Assembly: GCA_963835575.1 (NCBI GenBank)
Contig: CAWIGG010000002.1
Span: forward strand, 736,001-800,000
Direction of reading: 5' to 3'
Source of the DNA: an uncultured Spirochaetota bacterium
Lineage (GTDB): Bacteria > Spirochaetota > Brevinematia > Brevinematales > JAOACQ01
Length of the DNA: 64,000 bases
The notes beneath the pieces were generated by a model. That model had not been told where the DNA came from, did not search any database, and was given only the letters and a program-made list of their open reading frames with translations. Position 1 is the stretch's first letter; each line of letters begins with the position of its first letter. Of the stretch, positions 10,352 to 20,800 are shown in pieces. The position numbers and the translations under genes were made by a program.

Positions 10352-10816
10352 ATGGAAGAAAAAATTATCGATTTTCTTCGAAATCCGAAAATCTTCAGCG
10401 ATTTGAAGCCCGAAGAGCTCGAAAGGATAGCGAATACCATGGTGATCAAAAGTTACAATGAAAACGACCAGATTTTTCAGGAAGGAGAGCTGGGGAATGA
10501 ATTTTATGTCATCCTTTCCGGGAGCGTGTGGGTCCGTAAAAAGGACAGCGCGGGGAATGAACATCAGCTGACAGTCATTAATACCGGCGAAGGCTTCGGA
10601 GAGATGGCGCTTGTTGATGAGCTTCCACGGTCCGCCGGTGTAAAAGCACTGGAAAAAACAAGGGTGGCGGTCCTGTCGAGGGATGCATTTATGAAAATGA
10701 AGTCAGAAAATATCGCGGTATACTGCCATATCCTGGAAAATATTGTCAGAGAATTCAGCACCCGGCTCCGCAGTATGGACCTCAAATATGTCAAGGTCAT
10801 GAATTTCCTTTTCTGA
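10352..10816 (+). CDS. Cyclic-nucleotide-binding domain protein
   Basis: IFQEGE, FGEMAL..PRSA motifs; no HTH domain. Confidence 0.9.
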   Translation: MEEKIIDFLRNPKIFSDLKPEELERIANTMVIKSYNENDQIFQEGELGNEFYVILSGSVWVRKKDSAGNEHQLTVINTGEGFGEMALVDELPRSAGVKALEKTRVAVLSRDAFMKMKSENIAVYCHILENIVREFSTRLRSMDLKYVKVMNFLF

Positions 10817-10831
10817 TTGAATATCAATTTT

Positions 10832-11441
10832 CACCACGAAGACACGAAGAACACGAAGATCACAAAGAACAATGCAATAAAAGTATATTTGATTATTTAA
10901 GCTTTGAGTATTGTGTTTAAGCAATATTTATTGATAATAAGAGAAAAAGCGGAAATAAATATGGAAACAAATCAATTTATAGACGGGATAGAAAAGATGG
11001 CTAAGGATATTGTCGATTGCGCTTATAAAGTACATTACAGTTTAGGACCGGGCTGTATATGAAGAATGCATGTCATATGAATTAAATAAGAAAAATATCC
11101 CTTATAAAAAGCAATGCAGTGTTCCCATTAATTATGAAGGGGTCAGACTGGCGACTGAACTGAGGCTTGATTTTCTTGTTGATGATAAAATAATTGTGGA
11201 ATTAAAAGCCGTGGAGCAGATGAATAAAATATATGAATCACAGCTCTTAACCTATTTGAAATTAACCGGGAAAAGACTTGGGTTTTTAATTAATTTCAAT
11301 GTTAGTAAAATTAAAGACGGTATTAAGAGAATGGTTTTATAAATATTCAAAAATTATTTAAAAAATAAATAATCCCCAGTTAGTGATTCTTGGTGCCCGG
11401 AGCTTGTCCTGAGCGCAGCGAAGGATGTCTTTGTGTTTAAG
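10832..11441. mobile_element. Putative GxxExxY-carrying element bounded by periodic imperfect inverted repeats
   Basis: Left arm CACCACGAAGACACGAAGAACACGAAGATCACAAAG (10832-10867); right arm GTTAGTGATTCTTGGTG[insert]TCTTTGTGTTTAAG (11379-11441); both arms match the gene-less copy at 23299-23401. Confidence 0.6.
10961..11342 (+). pseudogene. GxxExxY protein (PD-(D/E)xK nuclease-like), frameshifted
   Basis: METN...AYKVHYSLGPG then TGA at 11060; the +1 frame resumes VYEECMSYEL...RLDFLVDDKIIVELKAV...QLLTYLK; about 11 nt missing within the GxxExxY motif. Confidence 0.85.
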
Positions 11442-11472
11442 AAAAAGAATGTAAAATAAATAAAGAGAGTAA

Positions 11473-12588
11473 ATGTTTATGCAAGCTGAAACCAATAAGA
11501 GAATACCCTTTGATACAATGGAAAAATTTATGGTCGATGTATTTATCTGCGCCGGCGTGCCTGAAGAGGACGCGAAGGTCTGCGCCGATGTGCTCATCAC
11601 TTCCGACAAAAGAGGGATCGATTCGCATGGAATAGGCCGGCTCAAGCCTATCTATATTGACAGGATCCGCACCGGGCAGATCAACCCCAGAACAAAAATC
11701 GACGTGATTAAAGATGGGCCTACCACGGCGGTATTTGACGGCAATAACGGCATGGGCCAGGTGATAGGCAGGCATGCCATGCAGACGGCGATCGATAAGG
11801 CGAAGAAATACGGAATGGGTATGACAACGGTCAGGAACTCCAATCATTACGGTATTGCCGGCTATTACGCGCTGATGGCTGTGGAAAACGGCATGATCGG
11901 TATAACCGGCACGAACGCGCGCCCGTCCATCGCGCCGACATTCGGCGTTGAGAATATGCTGGGAACAAACCCGCTGACATTCGGAATGCCCACCGACGAG
12001 GAATTCCCTTTTGTGCTTGACTGCGCCACGTCCATCACCCAGCGCGGAAAGATCGAGGTCTATGCCAGGCAGGGAAAAAAACTGCCGGAAGGATGGGTGA
12101 TCGGGATTGACGGACAGGCAAAAACAGACGCCATCAGCGTTCTGGGCGAGCTGGTGGAAGGCTCCGCGGCGCTGACGCCTCTGGGCGGCATCGGCGAGGA
12201 AACGGCGGGCTACAAAGGCTACGGCTACGCCGCGGTTGTCGAAATCCTCTCCTCGGCGCTCCAGGGCGGGGCATTCCTTAAAGGGCTGCTCGGTTTTGAG
12301 GGAGGCAGCATAGTGCCCTACCGGCTCGGGCATTTCTTTATGGCCGTCGATATCAGCTCTTTTACCGAACCGGACAGCTTCAAAAAAACAACGGGAACTA
12401 TCCTCAGGGCCCTCCGCGCCTCGGAAAAAATGCCGGGCAGGGAACGGATTTATACTGCCGGTGAGAAGGAATACATGGCCTGGCTGGACAGAAAGGACAG
12501 CGGCGTGCCCATCGATGAAGTCCTGAAGGAAGAGATCCTGGAACTGCAGAAGGAATTCGGGCTGGAGCGGTATAAGTTCGAGTTTTAA
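11473..12588 (+). CDS. Ldh_2 family (malate/L-lactate/sulfolactate type 2) dehydrogenase
   Basis: RGIDSHG, RNSNHYG, GTNP, GYKGYG motifs. Confidence 0.9.
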   Translation: MFMQAETNKRIPFDTMEKFMVDVFICAGVPEEDAKVCADVLITSDKRGIDSHGIGRLKPIYIDRIRTGQINPRTKIDVIKDGPTTAVFDGNNGMGQVIGRHAMQTAIDKAKKYGMGMTTVRNSNHYGIAGYYALMAVENGMIGITGTNARPSIAPTFGVENMLGTNPLTFGMPTDEEFPFVLDCATSITQRGKIEVYARQGKKLPEGWVIGIDGQAKTDAISVLGELVEGSAALTPLGGIGEETAGYKGYGYAAVVEILSSALQGGAFLKGLLGFEGGSIVPYRLGHFFMAVDISSFTEPDSFKKTTGTILRALRASEKMPGRERIYTAGEKEYMAWLDRKDSGVPIDEVLKEEILELQKEFGLERYKFEF

Positions 12589-12590
12589 AA

Positions 12591-12769
12591 TTGCCACAGA
12601 CACAGAAGTCACAGAGGACAGGGCGAGAATTTGGGTGTTTAAATGTTTGCCGCTTCTCAAAGTTTTAAATACAGACATTTATTAAAATAGAAAGTTTTGG
12701 AATAGCCACGGAGAACACAGAGGATAAAAATATAGAAAATTCTCCGTGCCCTCTGCGCCTCTGTGGCAA
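12591..12769. repeat. Periodic CACAGAG-type imperfect inverted repeat between convergent genes
   Basis: GCCACAGACACAGAAGTCACAGAGG and GCCACGGAGAACACAGAGG versus TCTCCGTGCCCTCTGCGCCTCTGTGGC. Confidence 0.65.
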
Positions 12770-12804
12770 ATATTAAAAGCTGACATGGCATTGAAATCAG
12801 GAAT

Positions 12805-14679
12805 TCAATAAAAGCGGATGCTTTCTATCTTCATTTCCCCTTTGCCCTGGCCGCCGGGAAGGAATATCTCGATGTTTTTTAAGGCCTGAAGGGCTATTGT
12901 CTTGTCGCCGATCTAGTTGCCCCACAAAAAACGCTGGACAAAGGAATCGAAATCGAACCTGTAGGTTTTTGATAAACCCGTTCCGAGCGCTTCTTCAGAC
13001 GAGAAGCTCTCGCCGTCCGCACCGTTTAAAACTTTATCGTAATCCTGGTCCGGAGCGTCAGCGAGAGCCTCGTTCAGGTTAATTGAAAAACGGACATTCG
13101 TTTCCAGGGTTATTATGATTTCGACCCCTTTATATCCTCCGGCGCTGAAAAACCCCTTTTCATAGTATTCCGGACTTTCTGGCGTCAGGGAAGCCGTCAA
13201 ACCCCAATCGTCGCCTGTTTTGTAATTGATTTGAAGAGATTTATTATCCTGGTCTGGCGGCAAAAGTCCGGAAGCGGCGGCGACGCACATAAAAGAGACA
13301 TTGGCTTTGACCCCGGAAGAAATATCCAGAAAGACCGGCGGCATTTTTATTCCGGATTCTCTATTAACGAGAATCCTGCCGTCAAGCGGGATGGCCGATT
13401 TTGGAAGTTCCTCTTTTGTATTCCTGCGGATTGCGACGGCATTCGTATTAATGCTGCGCATAACATCGCATAATTCCCTGTAAGGATTTCCGTCATGATC
13501 CACGATGCCGTAATTGGAATCCTCGCCGTCAAAGAAACGGCCTGAACTCGGTTCGTCAAAAAACTGGAACCAGTGATAGCCGATGATATAGGGAAGGTTT
13601 AAGAACAATTCCGCGTATTTCTTGAATCTTTCCGCCCTTTCCTTCTGCGTTTTTACGGTATTATTAACACCCTTTGCGTTCTTGAGGCCTGAGGAGTTTT
13701 CCGCAGCCCGGATCGCAAATTCGGTGATAAAGACAGGCCTTTGGGAATAATAGGCGAGGGCGTCCAGAAAACGGCGGTCGATCTGCGGATAGGGCTTATA
13801 ATAATTGACAGCTATGACGTCGCAATACTCGCCGGCAGCCTTCAGGACCTCTTCCGGCACGGAATTGGCATAGCGGTCTGAAAACAAAAGATGGTTGGGA
13901 TCGGCGCTCCGGACTACTTTTGAAGCCAGACCGTAAAAATGCCTTGCCGCTATGAATAAGAATCCGCTCCTGACTTCTTCCAGCGCTTTTTTCGGGATGA
14001 CCGCTTTTTTTATGTTGTACAGCGCCTCGAATGCCGGATAGGAAGTTCCCCAGGCCTTATTCAGGGCCTCGATGGTCCTGTATTTATCCCTTAGAAAAAA
14101 GACAAGGCGCTTCTTGCCGGGCGATGAGCCGTCCAGTTCCAGGTATTGATCGAAAAGAAAAGAGGAATGCCCCGTGTACCATGGATAATCCCCGTACCAG
14201 GGCAGGTCATTATCTATAAAATAACCCAGGAGCGACATGTCGCCGGCATGTCCGGCGCATTCGCCGCCCATCCGCTTTCTGATGACGGTGATATAAATTG
14301 GGTCAAAAATATCGACTAAAAGACGGCTTCCTCCGAGTTTTAGCTGCAGGGCGTAATAAAATGGGCCGTTCAGCCCGGGATACGACCAGCTTCCGGCGGT
14401 GTTGAAGCCGAGGTTTGAAAGAAAGGAGACAGTATTAGCGAGCCAGGCGTCAATGGCCCTGTTTTTCAGGCCGTTATAACCGGCTGATCCGAAAGGCGCC
14501 GAATCGTCAAAGGGCTTTATGGTATTGACCCCAAGCGACAGGAAAGGTTCGCCGCCGGTCCCGGCAAAAAAATATCTGCCATTTTGCAGAGAGACTGTCA
14601 CAAATTTCCCCCCGTTTGTCCCGGAATAGGCGGACGCGGTCAGAATAATTATGCCGATTAAAAACAAGGAATATCTCAT
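12805..14679 (-). CDS. Secreted clan GH-A glycoside hydrolase (GH50/agarase-like) with C-terminal CBM-like domain; in-frame TAG at 12913-12915 (possible pseudogene)
   Basis: Signal peptide from ATG 14679; FLSLGVN, GFNTAGSWS, LLGYFIDND, PVFITEF, GYHWFQFFDEP; 35 further sense codons ending ...MKIESIRFY follow the TAG. Confidence 0.75.
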
Positions 14680-14845
14680 AATATTTCTCCTGATATATCG
14701 TTTTGAAAACTTATAATCCATCCATTGTGCGTCACCTGAATGTTTCCATGTCATTACTTGATAGCCGTTTTAAATTATGTTAGCATGATTTTCTTCAATT
14801 CACAATAAAACCGCAGAATATTTGCGGAAAGGAGGGCCCAGCCGG

Positions 14846-17800
14846 ATGCCCAATACGCTCATCATAGTCAAAACAGCCGTTCTGGGGTGCGCCGTCCTTG
14901 TCCTCATCATGCTCTACCGATTGTCCCGGCGTCCGGGCGGGCCGTTCAGAAAAACACTTATAGTACTATCGCTTTTCTTTTCGTCCGCATATATCCTCTG
15001 GAGGATTTTTTACACTTCGCCCTACAGAACGCCCGAGGATAATCCCGTCTTCCTGATTTTTTTCATTATTCTGCTCCTGATGGAATTTCTGGATTTCCTG
15101 AATGCCGTTGTCCTCAAGATGATCTCATGGAACCCATACGTCCCGCCAAAAATCCCGGACAATGACGAAGGGACGGTGCAGTCCGTCGATGTTTTGGTCC
15201 TGACATTCCATGAGGATATCGGGCTCCTGGAAAAAACAGCCGCCGCATGCCTCCGTTTGAAGTACGCGGGAGATTTTCTGAGAATTCATATCTGCGACGA
15301 CGCCGCCCGCCCCGAAGTGGAGGAACTGAGCCGCCGCCTGAATATCAATTATATAAAGAGGGATAGGCCCGACAACGCCAAGGCCGGGAATATCAATAAT
15401 GCCCTCGGGCAGACAAGCGGCGCGCTCGTGCTGGTCCTGGACGCCGACATGATCGTCCGGCAGGACTTTCTTGAGAAGACGGTCCCGTATTTTTTACGGC
15501 CGGAAACGGGGTTCGTCCAGGCCCCGCAGACATTCTACAACCCCGATCCTTTCCAGCACAACCTGCGCCTGGACCGGCGCGTTCCGAACGAGCAGGACCT
15601 CTTTATGCGGCATATCGAACCCTGCCGCGCCTCGGCCAACGCCGTCCTCCATGTCGGCACGAACGCCGTGTTCAGGAGGAGCGCATTGGAAAAAGCAGGC
15701 GGCGTACCATATGGAAGCGTCACGGAAGACCTGGCGCTGGGCCTTTTGGTCGAGTCTTTGGGTTATGAGGGCTTTACTATCGGCACGGGGAAAGACTGCA
15801 TAAAGGTTGTCAGCATTGAAACGAATGCTTTGAGCAATCTGACGGGCTTTACGGTTTCGAACGCCGCGGACGAGCCTTTCAATACAGGCGCAATCCGCGT
15901 TGATAACCATGGCCTCTCCTACAGCATGGCGCAGACCGGCGTCAAGGAAAACATCTTCAATAATTACAGTTATCCTTCGGGGTATGATCCGGGCCTTGTC
16001 CGTATTTCGGACTGGGACATCGGACTCTTTACTTACACAAATGGCGGGCTGACGAACGCGGCCTCGGGCCTCTTCGCGGCTGACATCTTTAACTCCTTTA
16101 ATCATGGTCTGACGCCGGAAGAACAGAACGGTAGCTTTACGGTCCTGGCGGACAACCCGTCGCAATTTGTCTACAGGACGTTCGAACAGGGCATGCCGTC
16201 GACAAACGGGGATATTTTCACGAACGTCTGGGACGGCGTGAACGAGAATACCGGCATGGTGATGCCTGACGGCGTGTATTACTCGAAAGTTTACTCGTTC
16301 GACGCCGCGTCCAACCAGTCGGCGCGGACCATCCCGTTCGAGATCGACAATACGCCGCCGTCTCTCGCCGTGACATATCCCGTAACGGATCAAACTGTTG
16401 GCGGGATGATCGACATCACCGGCTCGATCATCGATAAAAGGCTTGCGTATTACACGGCCGTCATATCGAACAACGGCGTAGGGTACGATGTTTCCTCGGG
16501 AACCGGCGTCGTTTCGAACGGCGTCATCGGCAGTTTCGATACCCTGGGCCTTGTAAATAACATCGAAAGCCGGCTGTATATCACCGCTGTGGACGGCGTA
16601 AGCAACAGCGCCTCAATCTGCGTTCCCTTTATAATCACTAACAGCGAGGACGTCGTCTTCAGGATCGTGAAGGTGGAGAACAGCGTCCTGAATTCGAAAG
16701 GCAGATTAAGAATAACGTATTATTATAAAGACGTTACGGTTTCCATTCAGGACGCAGGGATGCCGGTATTCCAGACAAATTATACAACAGAGGGAACGGA
16801 TGTCTTTGAGTTCACGCCGGCGGGAAAGACGGATGGAAATTATACTCTTGCATTCCAGGCCCTTGTGAATATACCCGGCAGAAATCCCGTTGTCCGGAAT
16901 GTTTCCTACGAAGTGGACAACACGCCCCCTGCTCTCGCGATGACCGGCTTAAGCGGCGGCGGCATTCTGCGCGGAGTGATCGGTTTTGACGGGAGCGTTA
17001 TAGATAAAAACCTCCTCAGCTATAGTCTCATATTGTCCAACAGTACGGGCGATGAAGAGAGCGTGATTGTTTCGGAAGGCATGACCGGAATTTCATCCGG
17101 GAGGATCGGGGTCTTTGACAGCGCCGGCATCAACGCGAACTCGCCCTTTGACGGGACAAACCAGTATGCCGTCATCCTGAGGGCTTATGATTCCGCCGGG
17201 AATACGAACGAGATCGTAAAAACCATATATATCGATAATGCGGAGCCGTTTGCCGACCTTACGGCCGGCAGGAAATACAGGCTTTCCGGCCTGAATGGAC
17301 CGGCGGCCCTGACCCTGACGGCTCAGGACGTGCACCTGGCCGGCGCTTCGCTTTACACAATGGACAGCGGCGGGATCTATCATAAAACGGTTGACTGGAG
17401 CGGTATCGTTTCCGGCGTCAACACCGTCACTTGGAACTGTTCGTCATTGTCGGGAACTGTTCCGGCGGCGCTTTATACCTATGACCTGGCGGGGAACACG
17501 AATACAAGGACTTACACATTTACAATTGATAATAAAGTTCCCGAGATCAGGAATCTGACTGCCTCTCAGGCCATGACCAGGCTTATCCTCTCCGCCGATC
17601 TCTGGGACAACGATCTTCTGGCGCGTTATGAAGTGGGCGTTCAGAGCGGTCCGGAATACCGCGTCTACGCATCGGAGGATATGGAAACGAACGAGAGATC
17701 AATCTCCGTTGACGAGGCCTTTGCGGACTTCGAAGCCTCCGCCGCGACGGTGTTCGTCAAGGTGTGGGATTTTGCCGGCAATGAAACGGTCACGAATTTT

Positions 17801-20800
17801 GATATCACTGCGGACAGCCTGCCGCCCGTGGCGGGAATAGAGACGCCTTCGGACAATACCGTAAGCGGCGGCGTCATGCATTTCAAGGGAACGCTGCTTG
17901 ACAACAATATGGCGCGCGCGGAGCTCCTGCTGGACGGTACAGTCATATACAGCGTCCTCTGCGGCGCTTTTTCCAATACAATTGAGTATGATCTTGATAC
18001 AAAGGGCCTGCCCGACGGGACGCACAGCCTCACATTGCGCGGTTATGACTATGCCGGAAATGTCGGCGCGGCCTTTGTCCGCTTTACATCGGACAATACG
18101 CCGCCGCTGATCAGCCTGCGCGCCCTCAGGAATGGAAGCGACGCTTCCATAGGCGCGTCCGCCGGCGCTCTCGATTTCTATCTCAATTACAGCGACGCGA
18201 ACCCCGCTTCCTATAAGCTGACGTTCATAAACGGCGGCATTCAGGAAACGGCGCTGGAAGGGACAGTGGAGAGTATCTACAGCGGCCGGTTTATCGGAAC
18301 GCTGGATACGGCAGTGCGGAACCTTAATGGAATATATCAATTTATGATTGAAGGCGTTGACCTTGCGGGGAACAGATCGACAAATTATCTTACTCTTGAC
18401 ATAGACAACTCGGCGCCTGTTCTTGCCTGGAACTCGCTGGATTCCGGCAGGGCTTTTGACAGCCCCGGTTTCCTCCCGAAGGTCAGGGGCATTGTCAGCG
18501 CGGGCTTTACGCTGACGGACGCTCACAGCGTTAATTATACCGCTTCATGCGGCGCTCTGACCTCTACAGGCACCGTTAACAGCGGCGCTGTCGTATGGCC
18601 TCTTGACACGGCTCTTATGGGCGAAGGATTGCAGAGTCTTGAAATAACGGCCGTCGACGCTACGGGCAACAGGAGCAGCTGGACAACCAATTTTATTGTG
18701 GACAGGACGGCCCCCGCGCTCAGCCTGACGGCAGGCCCTGAAATATACTCGCCGCTGGTACCGGACAATAAGCTGAATATCAATGTGACTGCGAATGAGA
18801 CGGTTAAATTACAGTCTGTAGAAATAGACGATGAAACAGGCCTGAAAGGGAAGCTGGATATAACCGGCGTTATACCGGCAGGCAGTTCGCTGTTTGCCTG
18901 GGACGGAAGGACCGCCGGCGCGGCATTGCCGGATGGAAATTACCGCATTAAGGTAACAGCCTCGGACGAAGCCGGAAATACCTCGGAAGCCTGTTCGGGA
19001 ACTATTTTCTATAGAAACGATAACAGGCCGCCTCTGGTGACGGTCCTGGAAACGAACAACGTCTTCTCGCCCGCGCTGAGGCCGTTCAGGATCAGGTATG
19101 AAGCCCTGAATGATTCAACCGACCTTTCTAATATAGTCATCAGTACGCTGACTGTCAGTTCGGCGGGAATGGATGTTTTCAGGATTGTTGCGACAAACCA
19201 GGAAGGTGTTATCGGATTGGAATGGAACGGCCTTAACTCAACAGGCAGGGCGCCCGATGGAAATTATGACGCGATTCTCAATGTCGCCGATGCCGCCGGG
19301 AACGCGGTACAGGTCCGCTTCGTTATCACTGTTGATTCTGTTCCGCCTGTTCTGGAGCAGTTGACGCTAAGCAGGGTGAAAATATCGAAGAATAATCCGT
19401 TGAAGAACCAGAGCGAGATTCATCTCGCGGTCAGCGATAAAAACTTGATTGAATCAATGATGTACAGTATCGACAGGTATGATATGAATATACTGGAAAC
19501 AACGAATGAGGTTGGTTTATCAAATTATATTCTTGACAGCGTATTTAAAGAAGAGGACAACGCTCTTTATACAATCAGCTTCTCTTTCATCGACTCCGCG
19601 TCCAACGAGTCGAAATTTACCACCAATATTGAGGTGGATAATAATCCGCCTGACTTCGGACTGGATATGAAAGGAAATTACTTTACGACGAATGACGGTT
19701 CTGAATTAAAGATTTTTGTCAATACGAATGTAACGGTCAGGCCCGTCATCGAATCGGCCGATACTGCCGCGATGTACTGGGGCCTTGTGCCGGAAGGAAC
19801 AGCCCCGGTCCTCGCTGAATGCACGACAAATGATGTCATGAAGCTTGAAGGAAAAGCGGACGGGAGATACATGTTTACAAGGGCGGCCGTGGATGATGTG
19901 GGCAACGGATTAACCAATTCATTGATATTTACCGTAGACGGAACTTCCCCGTTTGTTTCACTGAACTACCCGTCAAATCAAATTGGGATTGGCCTTCTGA
20001 CTAACGGCGGGAAGAAATATCTTTCTTTCAGCAACGAAATTATTGTTCAGGGGAGCGACAGCGGAAGCGGTCTGGCCGGATTATGGATCAGGGTTGAGAA
20101 CCTCTCGAACGGCTATTTTGATGAAATACCTCTGGAAGATCCTTCCAACAGCCTGAGCTTTGACAGCCTGGGGATTAACGAACCCGGTGATTATCTCATA
20201 ACGGCTGTTGCTTTCGATCATGTGACGAATATCGGCGTGACCTGGGATTATGTCAGCCTGCCTCTGCCCGACAGGACCCCGCCTGTCAGCGCCCTTGCCA
20301 TAAGCGGAAGCTATAACGTTATCAACGGCGATGTTTACGCCAGTTCCAACACGACGTTTATCATCACAGCCGCGGATAATCCAGGCCTGAATGACGGCTG
20401 CGCTTCAGGAGTCAACAGGACCGAGATATCCATAAACGGCGGAGACTGGCAGACCTACAGCGTTCCAGTAATATTTACAATGAGCGGAACATATGTCATG
20501 GAATACAGGTCTGTGGATAACGCCGGCAATATTGAAGAAGCTAAAACGGTCAGGGTTATTGTTCAGAATAGCGTAACGGCGGTATCAGGCCTCCGCAGCC
20601 TGGTGCTTGACAGGACAAATATCATCTATCAGTGGAATATCACAAACAATATTGCGCCGGAAAACTTTGAGTTAACGGCCCTCGGCACCAACTTTACAAC
20701 AACGAACAGCTATTTTATATTGACTAACATTGCTCTTGCCCTGACCAATATGCCTCTCTTTGTCGAGGCAAAAGTGAGGGCTGTCAATCAGGCCGGGCTC

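Noticed and set aside
10832..10870. CRISPR array
   Set aside because: Units are ~9 nt in tandem with no spacers, and there are no cas genes in the window.
11437..12678. 413-aa minus-strand ORF
   Set aside because: Antisense shadow of the GC-rich Ldh_2 gene with no recognisable motifs; the same applies to shadow ORFs over the giant ORF and EF-G.
12913..12915. Genome-wide stop-codon reassignment
   Set aside because: TAG, TAA and TGA all end conserved genes at expected positions in this window.
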